This document shows, one piece after another, positions 1 through 8,062 of a DNA stretch of 32,000 nt (within the stretch, counting starts at the first letter, position 1; every line of letters starts with the position of its first letter). Where the stretch lies: NCBI GenBank assembly GCA_026387835.1, contig JAPLKZ010000012.1:1-32000 (forward strand), in the 5' to 3' direction. Source of the stretch: Candidatus Saganbacteria bacterium (GTDB taxonomy: Bacteria; Margulisbacteria; WOR-1; JAKLHX01). The translations under genes were made by a program, and so were the position numbers. Below the pieces are notes generated by a model. It made no database searches. It was not told the DNA's origin and saw nothing but the letters and a program-made list of their open reading frames with translations.

Positions 1-495
1 GGAATTTATATCGACTTCAAGTGACTTCAGTCCCAATGAATCGAAAAGGTCTATTCCGGCCATTATCACTTCGATATCGGCCAGATAAGAAGATGTGCCG
101 AAAAGCTCGACCCCTGCCTGATTGAACTGCCTGAACCTGCCTGCCTGCGGCCTTTCGTAGCGGAACATGGGACCGATATAATATAGTTTTGTTATCCGGT
201 CCTTTGTCAGAAGGTTGTTCTCGACAGCGGCGCGAACTACCGAAGCAGTCGCCTCCGGTCTCAGAGTCACGCTCCGGTCGCCTTTATCCTTGAAAGTATA
301 CATCTCCTTTGTAACGATATCGGAAGAATCGCCTATACTGCGCGAAAAAAGCTCAGATTGCTCGATTATCGGGGTCCTTATTTCTGAAAAGCCGTATCTT
401 TTGAATATCCGGCCGATCTTTTCTTCGATCTGCTGCCAGACAGGCGTTTCATCGGGAAGTATATCTTTTGTGCCGCGCAGGACCTGGTATTTCAT
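1..495 (-). CDS. hisS: histidyl-tRNA synthetase, N-terminal 165 codons (partial, runs off the left edge)
   Basis: Absent from the ORF track because it is truncated by the window. Manual minus-strand translation from ATG 495..493 gives MKYQVLRGTKDILPDETPVWQQIEEKIGRIFKRYGFSEIRTPIIEQSELFSRSIGDSSDIVTKEMYTFKDKGDRSVTLRPEATASVVRA...YYIGPMFRYERPQAGRFRQFNQAGVELFG. This matches the class II HisRS motif 1/2 region and stays open to position 1. Confidence 0.85.
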   Translation of the reverse strand, partial: MKYQVLRGTKDILPDETPVWQQIEEKIGRIFKRYGFSEIRTPIIEQSELFSRSIGDSSDIVTKEMYTFKDKGDRSVTLRPEATASVVRAAVENNLLTKDRITKLYYIGPMFRYERPQAGRFRQFNQAGVELFGTSSYLADIEVIMAGIDLFDSLGLKSLEVDINS

Positions 496-524
496 AATGG
501 ATATATTATAGCAAAAGAAAGGAT

Positions 525-1547
525 CTATTTAACGATTACTTTATGCGCGCCTTTGGTTATCTCTCCGACCATATAAGCTTTCTCACCGAGGGAATCGATC
601 TTCTTTATGACTTTACCGGCTATTTCCGGTTTCACCGCAAGCACCATGCCGAGGCCCATGTTGAACGTTTTATACATCTCTTCTTTGCTGATACTGCCTT
701 TCCCCTCTATCAAAGAGAATATCGCCGGTTTTGGCCAGGCTGAAGCATCAAATACCGCGTCACATCCGACCGGGAGGAATCTCGCGGCATTTTCAGGAAG
801 CCCGCCTCCGGTAATATGGGCCATCCCTTTTATTTCGAACTCTTTTATAAGTTCGAGGATCGGTCTTACATAGATCTTTGTCGGTTCAAGCATTTCTTCG
901 CCCACAGTCCTCTCTAAAGCGGGATCTTTTGAATTGACATCGAAACCCGCCATATCAAGAAGCACTTTTCTGGCAAGTGAATATCCATTGCTGTGAAGGC
1001 CCGAGGAAGCTATGCCGATCAGTTTATCTCCGGCTTTAATAGTCGAACCGTTGATTATCTTTGACTTTTCGACGATACCGACGCAAAATCCCGCGATATC
1101 ATACTCATCTTTTCCGTAAAGGTCGCTCATCTCCGCGGTCTCGCCTCCGATCAGCGCGCAGCACGATTGCCTGCATCCCTCGGCGATGCCTTTCAAAAGA
1201 TCTTCCGCGACATCCGGGTCGACTTTGTTCATCGCCAGGTAATCGAGAAAGAAAAGCGGCTTTGCGCCCAGGACGACGACATCATTAACGCACATCGCGA
1301 CGGCATCGATGCCGATAGTATCGTGTTTGTCCGTCAGAAAAGCTATTTTTAATTTAGTCCCGACGCCGTCAGTGCCGGAAACGAGGACAGGTTCTTTAAA
1401 TTCATTCTTATCGATCTGGAAAAGCCCGCCGAAATAGCCGATATCTCCGAGGACGCCTTTTGTAAATGTCGATCTGGCCAGTTTTTTAACGCGGCTGACA
1501 ACCTCATACCCCGCTTCAATATCTACGCCTGATTGTTTATAGTCCAT
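525..1547 (-). CDS. purM: phosphoribosylformylglycinamidine cyclo-ligase (AIR synthetase)
   Basis: 340-aa ORF with 'YKQSGVDIEAG', 'SGTDGVGTKLKIA', 'DEYDIAGFCVG' and 'GLHSNGYSL' blocks typical of full-length PurM. Confidence 0.95.
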   Translation of the reverse strand: MDYKQSGVDIEAGYEVVSRVKKLARSTFTKGVLGDIGYFGGLFQIDKNEFKEPVLVSGTDGVGTKLKIAFLTDKHDTIGIDAVAMCVNDVVVLGAKPLFFLDYLAMNKVDPDVAEDLLKGIAEGCRQSCCALIGGETAEMSDLYGKDEYDIAGFCVGIVEKSKIINGSTIKAGDKLIGIASSGLHSNGYSLARKVLLDMAGFDVNSKDPALERTVGEEMLEPTKIYVRPILELIKEFEIKGMAHITGGGLPENAARFLPVGCDAVFDASAWPKPAIFSLIEGKGSISKEEMYKTFNMGLGMVLAVKPEIAGKVIKKIDSLGEKAYMVGEITKGAHKVIVK

Positions 1548-1563
1548 TTAGTCTCTCCAAGAT

Positions 1564-2385
1564 CTAAGTGCTGAACTCTTTAGACAGATCCCTCGCCCTT
1601 GCCGCCGCGGCATATACCGCATCCGCGACGATGTCGATCAGTTTTGCCTCGTCAAGGATCTTCAGGCCCTCTATTGTAGTCCCGCCCGGAGACGCGACCA
1701 TCCCGCAAAGTTCTTTAGGATTTTTTCTGGTCTCGATGACCGTTTTTACCGCTCCCAGCATGGTCTGCTTTGCCAGGACTTCGGCGTCCTCTTTTTTAAG
1801 CCCCGCTTTTACCCCGCCTTCTATCATCCCTTCAAGAAATTTGTAGACAAAAGCCGGGCCCGACCCGGAAAGCCCCGTCACGGCATCCATGAATTTTTCA
1901 TCCATCAGGACGGTCTTGCCGAGCGAAGAGAATATTTTTTCCGCTGTCTTTACATCCGACTCAGTGGCGCTGCTCCCCTTAGAGATGACCGTCATCCCTT
2001 CGCCTATAAGACAGGGATTGTTTGGCATCGCCCTTACGACCGGGCATCCCGCGAGGTGCTTCTCAAGATAACCGATGGTTATCCCGGCCGCGATAGAGAT
2101 GAAAAGTTTTTCCGACTCCACGAATTCCCTTATTTCGTCAAGGACATTCTTTTTGTGCTGGGGTTTCACGCACAGGACGACGATATCCGCGACAAGCATC
2201 GCTTTTATGTTGTCCTGCGCTACATGGACCTTATGGGTTTCGGAAAGATATTTCAGCCTCTGTGCTTCTTTGTCGGAGATGTAGATGTTCTTCGGCGAAA
2301 ATAATTTTGCCCTGATGATACCGGATATTATGGCATCAGCCATCCTGCCGGCGCCGATGAAGGATATTTTTTTGTTTGAAGGCAT
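1564..2385 (-). CDS. proC: pyrroline-5-carboxylate reductase
   Basis: 273 aa. N-terminal Rossmann motif 'ISFIGAGRMADAIISG', and a C-terminal 'SPGGTTIEGL' dimerisation-domain signature of P5C reductase. Confidence 0.9.
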   Translation of the reverse strand: MPSNKKISFIGAGRMADAIISGIIRAKLFSPKNIYISDKEAQRLKYLSETHKVHVAQDNIKAMLVADIVVLCVKPQHKKNVLDEIREFVESEKLFISIAAGITIGYLEKHLAGCPVVRAMPNNPCLIGEGMTVISKGSSATESDVKTAEKIFSSLGKTVLMDEKFMDAVTGLSGSGPAFVYKFLEGMIEGGVKAGLKKEDAEVLAKQTMLGAVKTVIETRKNPKELCGMVASPGGTTIEGLKILDEAKLIDIVADAVYAAAARARDLSKEFST

Positions 2386-2388
2386 CTT

Positions 2389-2829
2389 TTATCTGTTGTG
2401 AAGAAGCCCTTCCCTTGTGATCGGCCCTTCCGAGGACGGGTTGTCCAGGATCTCGGATATCGCGATATTTGAAGGCGTGAGCAGGAATATCGTGTCCGCT
2501 ATCTTGATCATGTGACCGTCTATGGCAAAAGCGGTCCCGCACACGAAATCAATAAGGCGCGTCCCTTCGCCTGAATCCAGATATTTCAGGTTCACGATCA
2601 CCGGTGATCCCTGCCTGAGCTTTGCAGATATTTCGATCGAATTTTCATAAGCTTTGGGTTCGTATATGGAGATCTCCGAATCGGTGTTGGACGATCTCCT
2701 GCTGCTCCTCGACCTGACGGGAGGATTTTCTACATTTAAGGTCTCAGTCTTGATGGAGGGCGTGTTGAACATCTCTTCATCCGGACCAAGGCCTATGAAC
2801 TCTTTCGCTTTGTTAAAAATATCGATCAT
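2389..2829 (-). CDS. sepF: cell division protein SepF
   Basis: 146 aa. N-terminal amphipathic 'MIDIFNKAKEFIGL', a disordered S/R-rich linker, and the C-terminal core 'YEPKAYENSIEISAKLRQGSPVIVNL...AIDGHMIKIADTIFLLTP'. Sits in the classic yggS-sepF-proC context. Confidence 0.85.
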   Translation of the reverse strand: MIDIFNKAKEFIGLGPDEEMFNTPSIKTETLNVENPPVRSRSSRRSSNTDSEISIYEPKAYENSIEISAKLRQGSPVIVNLKYLDSGEGTRLIDFVCGTAFAIDGHMIKIADTIFLLTPSNIAISEILDNPSSEGPITREGLLHNR

Positions 2830-2840
2830 GCTCTGCCTCC

Positions 2841-3506
2841 TTATTCATTAAATATTGCGGTCCCTACCCTTATTATAGTCGCTCCTTCTTCAATTGCAAC
2901 CTCAAAATCACCTGACATGCCCATTGAAAGCTCTTTTAACGAGAGCATATCCGCTATTTCCTTAAGTTTTTTGAAATACGGCCTGCTGCTCTGCGGATCA
3001 TCGCTGTACAGCGCCATTGTCATAAGACCTTTCAATTCTACCGACTTCAGGTTCCTGACATATCCTGCAAGTTCACCGGCTTCACCTGCCGGAACTCCGT
3101 ATTTTGCTTTTTCACCGGACACATTCACTTCGATAAAAACCGGAACAATCAACTCTTTCGCTCTTGCTATTGCATCCACCTTTTCAGCAAGCTTCGGGGT
3201 ATCTATAGAATGTATCTCCTGAAAACATTCAACTGCTTTTTTCGCTTTGTTCATCTGCAGGTGGCCTATCATGTGCCATCTGATGTTAGGAACATCACGA
3301 AGCAATGCAATCTTCTTTTCAGCTTCCTGGACTTTGTTCTCGCCAAGATCAAAAATGCCGTTGCCGATCGCTTCTTTTATCTGATCGATGGTCGCTGTTT
3401 TCGTGACAGCCAGAAGTTTGATATTTTCAGGGTCTCTCCCCGCCCTTTCAGCAGCGGCAGAGATCCTTTGGCGGACGATCTTTATATTATCGGCGACTTT
3501 TGTCAT
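2841..3506 (-). CDS. yggS: YggS/YlmE family pyridoxal-phosphate homeostasis protein
   Basis: 'LLAVTKT' (PLP lysine), 'WHMIGHLQMNKAKK' and 'LSMGMSGDFEVAIEEGATIIRVGTAIF'. I moved the start from the ORF-track 3581 to ATG 3506 (MTKVADNIK...). The upstream 25 codons are AT-rich and promoter-like. Confidence 0.85.
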   Translation of the reverse strand: MTKVADNIKIVRQRISAAAERAGRDPENIKLLAVTKTATIDQIKEAIGNGIFDLGENKVQEAEKKIALLRDVPNIRWHMIGHLQMNKAKKAVECFQEIHSIDTPKLAEKVDAIARAKELIVPVFIEVNVSGEKAKYGVPAGEAGELAGYVRNLKSVELKGLMTMALYSDDPQSSRPYFKKLKEIADMLSLKELSMGMSGDFEVAIEEGATIIRVGTAIFNE

Positions 3507-3515
3507 ATATGGAAT

Positions 3516-3524
3516 AATATAACA
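3516..3524 (-). promoter_or_regulatory. candidate extended -10 (TGTTATATT), 9 nt upstream of the yggS ATG
   Basis: The minus-strand sequence reads A-TGT-TATATT-attccatat-ATG. There is no Shine-Dalgarno between the hexamer and the start. Confidence 0.35.
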
Positions 3525-3668
3525 TTTTGAAAAATAAGTGAAATTTTCAAAAAATGTGGTCGAGAGATTATTTGATCGCAAACATTCTTCATCAGATTAA
3601 GTCGATGTATCAATTGGAAGTATATCAAACAATAAATTTTTAGTCCGGATCTTGAATAGGGGTTCTAA

Positions 3669-4514
3669 ATGATCCAGTTCATAGCAAGAAGATACGGGGA
3701 TATTTTAAGATATTATCACGGCATCAAAGAATGCAGGGTGAGAGGAAGACTTCCCCAGACATGGAATTTCACGCTCGCGGCAGTATCGCATTTTCCCGCA
3801 ACAAGCGTCGCTCAGGAGCTTCAGCGGAGGATAGAGACCGGACAGATAAAGGTTGGAGGATTAGGCTCGTTCAATAGAACGGCGGTCACGGAAGCTATAG
3901 GAGCTGTATTCGGCTCAGACCGGCCGGTAAGATCGCGGGTCCTCGCAGATTTTGCTCCCGTCGCGATAGAACATTTCAGGCCGGCACTTCCTCCCGATTC
4001 CCCTCAAAGTGCTTCTGCAGATATTAACGATTCCGCATCAAGCTGGTTCGCCTTTAATGCGTGGGACGCTTCACAGATCGGATCATTGAGGATCTCTACA
4101 ATGATAGATTCTCTAGGGCTTTACTCTGGTCTAGCCGGCCGGTTTTTTGTCGGCGGTGAGGGATGGGAGAGTCACGTTTCTGCGGGCTCGGTCCTGCAAC
4201 TTATCGGGGTTGAAAATGCCCGTGCTATCACCGAACAAAGCATAGCTGATGAAGCAATTAGGAGCAGGGTCTTGCTTTGGTTTTCCGGGACGGACAGGCT
4301 CAAGCTCGCAAAGCAGTTTACGCAGAGCGCGATAATATTCAGGCCTTCTAACTGGCAGGCATGGGTCACCAGGGCCAATATATTCAAGTCCGAAAATAAT
4401 TGCGAGGAGGAAGCGGACTGCCTGAGAACTGCCCTTGTTCATATGAAATGGGCATCTCCCTCTGAAGTGACCGAATTTACAGCTAAAAGACTTGCGGTCT
4501 TGTTGGGCGAGTAG
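3669..4514 (+). CDS. hypothetical protein (orphan, no family recognised; possible C-terminal TPR-like helix pair)
   Basis: 281-aa ORF on the strand opposite its neighbours. An AGGGG Shine-Dalgarno-like motif lies 6 nt upstream of the ATG. The protein is Arg-rich and Lys-poor, unlike the flanking proteins. No catalytic motif, signal peptide or TM segment was recognised. Confidence 0.5.
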   Translation: MIQFIARRYGDILRYYHGIKECRVRGRLPQTWNFTLAAVSHFPATSVAQELQRRIETGQIKVGGLGSFNRTAVTEAIGAVFGSDRPVRSRVLADFAPVAIEHFRPALPPDSPQSASADINDSASSWFAFNAWDASQIGSLRISTMIDSLGLYSGLAGRFFVGGEGWESHVSAGSVLQLIGVENARAITEQSIADEAIRSRVLLWFSGTDRLKLAKQFTQSAIIFRPSNWQAWVTRANIFKSENNCEEEADCLRTALVHMKWASPSEVTEFTAKRLAVLLGE

Positions 4515-4559
4515 ACGATATTGTGATCTCTTGTTCCATTTTTCCGCCGGACCTCTTCC

Positions 4560-4587
4560 TTGACATCCCCGCCATAAGGAGTAAAAT
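4560..4587 (+). promoter_or_regulatory. candidate sigma70-type promoter TTGACA-16-TAAAAT, 11 nt upstream of the redoxin ATG
   Basis: TTGACA at 4560..4565 and TAAAAT at 4582..4587. The only AAGGAG (4576..4581) lies inside the spacer, 17 nt from the ATG, which is too far for a normal Shine-Dalgarno. Confidence 0.35.
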
Positions 4588-4598
4588 TCAATATATAA

Positions 4599-5120
4599 AT
4601 GAAAAAGACGGCTATATCCATATTAGTGGTTCTATTGATATTTTTTTGCATCTCCGGACCATCAAAGGCAGAGAATAGCGTCCTGAACATCGGTTCTCCG
4701 GCGCCTGAGATCGTGCTGCCTCTTGTGAACGGAGGATCATTTACTTCAATTCAGCTGAAAGGAAAAGCGTACATCCTGACATTTTTTTCCACCTGGAGCG
4801 ATTCCTGCCTTGAAAACCTTAGATTTTTGCAGGGCCTTAAAGAAAAGAACGACGGACTTGAGGTCGTGGCCGTATCGCTGGACAATAAGGCATCATCAGT
4901 CGCGTCTTTCTTAAGAAAAAACGGCCTTTCGTTCATCTCCCTGATAGACAAGAAAAAGAAATATCTTGATGAGTTCGAGATACTGGTGATCCCGACCACT
5001 TATTTTATCGACAGGGACGGGATACTTAAGAATCAGTACGTGTCTTTTGATGATATCGTCATGGCATCTATGACTGCTGACGTTAGTCTTCTGCTGGCGC
5101 CTAAAAAGTCCGAGGAATAA
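4599..5120 (+). CDS. exported TlpA/ResA-like thioredoxin-fold protein (AhpC/TSA-redoxin family) with SxxC in place of CxxC
   Basis: Signal peptide 'MKKTAISILVVLLIFFCISGPSKA'. Redoxin fold blocks 'AYILTFFSTWSDSCLENL', 'LEVVAVSLD' and 'VIPTTYFIDRDGIL'. The active-site position reads W-S-D-S-C (4794..4808). Confidence 0.75.
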   Translation: MKKTAISILVVLLIFFCISGPSKAENSVLNIGSPAPEIVLPLVNGGSFTSIQLKGKAYILTFFSTWSDSCLENLRFLQGLKEKNDGLEVVAVSLDNKASSVASFLRKNGLSFISLIDKKKKYLDEFEILVIPTTYFIDRDGILKNQYVSFDDIVMASMTADVSLLLAPKKSEE

Positions 5121-5126
5121 CCTTCT

Positions 5127-6315
5127 TTATTCGTATCTCAGCGCATCTATAGGGTCCAGGTTCACCGCTCTCATCGCCGGATAAACACCCGAGACTACTC
5201 CGATACCTACAGAAACGCTGCATGCCAGTGTGAGCGCCCAAATGACCACAACCATCTCGAGTTTTATCACATACATTATCACGAACGTTCCCGCTAGTCC
5301 CAGGACGATCCCCAGCAGCCCTCCGAAAAACTACCGATTCGACAAGAAATTGGATAAAGATATCGGTCTTTTTTGCTCCGACGGCTTTCCTGATGCCGAT
5401 CTCTTTCGTCCTTTCGGTCACGGACACCAGCATGATGTTCATTATGCCGATCCCGCCAACGAGAAGCGAGATCGCGGCTATCCCGCCTATTATCGTGGTA
5501 AGCATCCCGATAATGTTGTTCAGCATGTTCATCATGCCTTCCTGCGTCGTTATGTGATAATCGTCTTTGGCCAGTTCAGTTTCAAGCGCCCTGTCTATCT
5601 CATCTATAGCCTTTGGCACGAGCTCCTGGGTTTTTGCCGCGATGTCTATCTCAATGACCCCCTTAGTATTAAAAAGGCTCATGGCTGAAAAGATAGGAAG
5701 CACCGCTATATCATCCATATCAAAAGTGAGCATCTTTCCTTTTTCCGCGAAAAGCCCGATTACTGTATATTTTCTGCCGTTTATCTTTATTTTTTCCCCT
5801 ACCGGATCAAAATTGCCTAAAAGTTCCTTCGCGACCTTTTTCCCCAGGATAACGACTTTCCTGCTTCCATCCATCTCTCCCTTTGTAAAGAACCTGCCGC
5901 TTACTATCTTATGGTTAAAGACCTTCTGGTAATTATCGGTCGTACCCCAGGCCTGATTGATCCTGTATTCTCTTTTTCCGTATCTTGCCTTCGCTGTACC
6001 TGACACTATAGGTACAACTTCTGATACCGACGGGCAGCGGCCGGCTATTATCATCGCGTGTTTGTATTTGATCTTATTATCCAGATAAGCCGACATATCT
6101 CCCTGGTTTTTCCCGGGATTTATCTGCATGACATTCGGCCCCATTCCCCACGACTCCACCTGCGCGACCACATATAGTTTTGCGGCCTCGCCTATCGCCA
6201 CAAGGACTATCACTGCAGCTATTCCTATCACGACACCAAGCATGGTCAGAGCTGATCTTGTTTTATTTGCCCTTATGGACCTTACAGCCATAAGGATGCT
6301 GTCAATGAAATTCAT
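5127..6315 (-). CDS. ABC transporter permease, MacB/FtsX family, interrupted by a +1 frame change near 5323..5331
   Basis: The N-terminal TM helix, large periplasmic domain and 'TERTKEIGIRKAVGAKKTDIFIQFLVESVV' are in the ORF-track frame. The authentic C-terminus 'GGLLGIVLGLAGTFVIMYV...GVYPAMRAVNLDPIDALRYE*' is in the +1 frame and ends at TAA 5127..5129. The ORF-track tail (5101..5325) is out-of-frame nonsense. Confidence 0.8.
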
Positions 6316-7004
6316 TTTGTTTTTCTGTCCTCGAGAATCTTCCCGTCAAAAAGCCGCACCAGTCTGCCGCTGTAACCAGCGATGTTCTGGTCATGTGTCA
6401 CCATCAGTATCGTGACGCCCTGGCCATTTAGGCCTTCAAATATCTTCATCACGTCGGCACCTGATTTGCTGTCGAGGTTGCCTGTCGGCTCATCCGCCAA
6501 AATTATCGAAGGGCCATTTACTATCGCTCTTGCTATCGCAACTCTCTGCTTTTCTCCTCCCGATATCTGGTTTGGCAAAAATCCTTCCCTGTGCTGCATC
6601 CCGACGGAAGCGAGCGCTTTTTCCGCTTTTCTTTTTCTTTCGGCCCTGGGCAGGCCGCTATATATAAGCGGAAGCTCGACATTCTCAAGAGATGTCATCC
6701 TCGGCAGGAGGTTGAAGGTCTGAAATACAAAACCGATTTTTTTGTTCCTGACTTCCGCCAGGCCCGGATCTGAAAGAGACGAGACATCCACGCCGTCAAG
6801 GACGATAGAGCCGCTTGACGGCCTGTCGAGGCAGCCGATAAGGTTCATGAGTGTGGATTTGCCGCATCCGGAGGGGCCCATTATCGAGACGAACTCCCCT
6901 TTTGAGACTGAAAAATCGATGTCAAACAGTACAGGGACTTCCAGAGTTTCCAGATGGTAAGTCTTGTTTACGTCCTTTATACAGACAACACAATTTTCGC
7001 CCAT
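6312..7004 (-). CDS. ABC transporter ATP-binding protein, MacB/LolD-type
   Basis: Walker A 'GPSGCGKST', signature 'LSGGEKQRVAIARA', Walker B 'IILADEPTGNLD' and H-loop 'VTHD'. Overlaps the permease start by 4 nt. Confidence 0.9.
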   Translation of the reverse strand: MGENCVVCIKDVNKTYHLETLEVPVLFDIDFSVSKGEFVSIMGPSGCGKSTLMNLIGCLDRPSSGSIVLDGVDVSSLSDPGLAEVRNKKIGFVFQTFNLLPRMTSLENVELPLIYSGLPRAERKRKAEKALASVGMQHREGFLPNQISGGEKQRVAIARAIVNGPSIILADEPTGNLDSKSGADVMKIFEGLNGQGVTILMVTHDQNIAGYSGRLVRLFDGKILEDRKTK

Positions 7005-7008
7005 GATT

Positions 7009-7995
7009 TTATTTGTTGCCGTTCTTTTCTATTTTTATCCGGGATCCGTTCTTCAATTTGTCCAAATTTGTCACGGTTACGAGGTCTTTTTCTTTCAGCC
7101 CGTTTTTGACCTCGACGTTTTCGCTGTCCTTAAGGCCGATAGTGACGACAGTCTCTTTTGCACCGCCTTTCTTTATCAAATAGACCTCTTGTTTATCTTC
7201 TTTAGAAAAAACCGCTTCCCTCGGAATGATAAGGATGCCGTTTTTTTTCTCAGTCACGATATCCGCGCTGATCGTCATGCCGATCTTCAGCTTGTAGGCC
7301 CGGTCGTCAAAGGAAACTTTTCCCCTGAAGATCTTGTCCTCTTCGTCAAGTTTGATCCTGCCTCCGACCTTTTTCAGTTCCGCTTCCTCGCCTATATTGG
7401 CCAGTTTGCCTGTAAACACTTCATTTGGGTACGCGTCGCAGAAAATATTTACGGCCTGCCCCACCTTCACATCACCGACATCCGATTCATCTATCTGGAC
7501 CTCCGCGTAAGATGACATCGGATCGACCACCGATATGAACGCCATACCCGGGGAAAGAGATTCTCCGACTTTATTTGCCACAAGAGTGGCAATGCCGTTT
7601 ATAGGAGAGATAAAACACGAGTTTTCATATTGGATCTTCGCAAGATCGAGCTGGTTCTTTGACGCGAGCCCCGACTCAAAAAGGTTTTTTATGTTGTCAT
7701 ATTCCCTGAATGCCGTATCATAGTTATCCATTTTCGCGAGCACCCGGCCTTTTTTGACCGCATCGCCTTCTTTCACGCCTATCCAGCCGATGCTCCCGAT
7801 AGTCTTGCTGCTCAGAGAAGCTGTCGTACCCTTGATCTCTCCCGAAACATTGACAGCAGGAATTATCTCTCCTATTTTTACTTCAAATACTTTTATGCTG
7901 ACAAGGCTTCCAAAATATACTTTGATACCCCAGACGACTATGATCAGCGCCAGTATCCCTGCCACCCATCTGAGCCATTTATATTTCTTGAACAC
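7009..7995 (-). CDS. efflux periplasmic adaptor (membrane fusion protein, MacA/HlyD-RND MFP family)
   Basis: N-terminal TM anchor, lipoyl-like 'GVKEGDAVKKGRVLAKMD', a coiled-coil hairpin and beta-barrel blocks. The ORF track starts at TTG 8028. I prefer GTG 7995, which has AAGGAG 8 nt upstream. Confidence 0.85.
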   Translation of the reverse strand: MFKKYKWLRWVAGILALIIVVWGIKVYFGSLVSIKVFEVKIGEIIPAVNVSGEIKGTTASLSSKTIGSIGWIGVKEGDAVKKGRVLAKMDNYDTAFREYDNIKNLFESGLASKNQLDLAKIQYENSCFISPINGIATLVANKVGESLSPGMAFISVVDPMSSYAEVQIDESDVGDVKVGQAVNIFCDAYPNEVFTGKLANIGEEAELKKVGGRIKLDEEDKIFRGKVSFDDRAYKLKIGMTISADIVTEKKNGILIIPREAVFSKEDKQEVYLIKKGGAKETVVTIGLKDSENVEVKNGLKEKDLVTVTNLDKLKNGSRIKIEKNGNK

Positions 7996-8023
7996 TAATT
8001 TATCTCCTTTCAAATAATCCTTC

Positions 8024-8051
8024 CGCAATTAGTCATTCGTCATTAGTCATT
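8024..8051 (-). repeat. tandem heptamer AATGACN x3 plus one degenerate copy, in the permease/adaptor intergenic spacer
   Basis: The minus strand reads AATGACT AATGACG AATGACT AATTGCG. On the plus strand this is agtcatt (8045..8051), cgtcatt (8038..8044), agtcatt (8031..8037) and cgcaatt (8024..8030). Confidence 0.5.
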
Positions 8052-8062
8052 TCTTTGTTGTT

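Noticed and set aside
215-511. 98-aa plus-strand ORF
   Set aside because: It is antisense to the clearly recognisable hisS N-terminus and is a shadow ORF.
5101-5325. C-terminal ~75 residues of the 404-aa ORF-track protein ('RRAAGDRPGTSGNVRDN...KKVIPRTF')
   Set aside because: This is an out-of-frame read-through after the frame change. The genuine permease C-terminus is in the +1 frame and ends at 5127.
6964-7515. 183-aa plus-strand ORF
   Set aside because: It is antisense to the MacA-like adaptor and has low-complexity Phe-rich composition.
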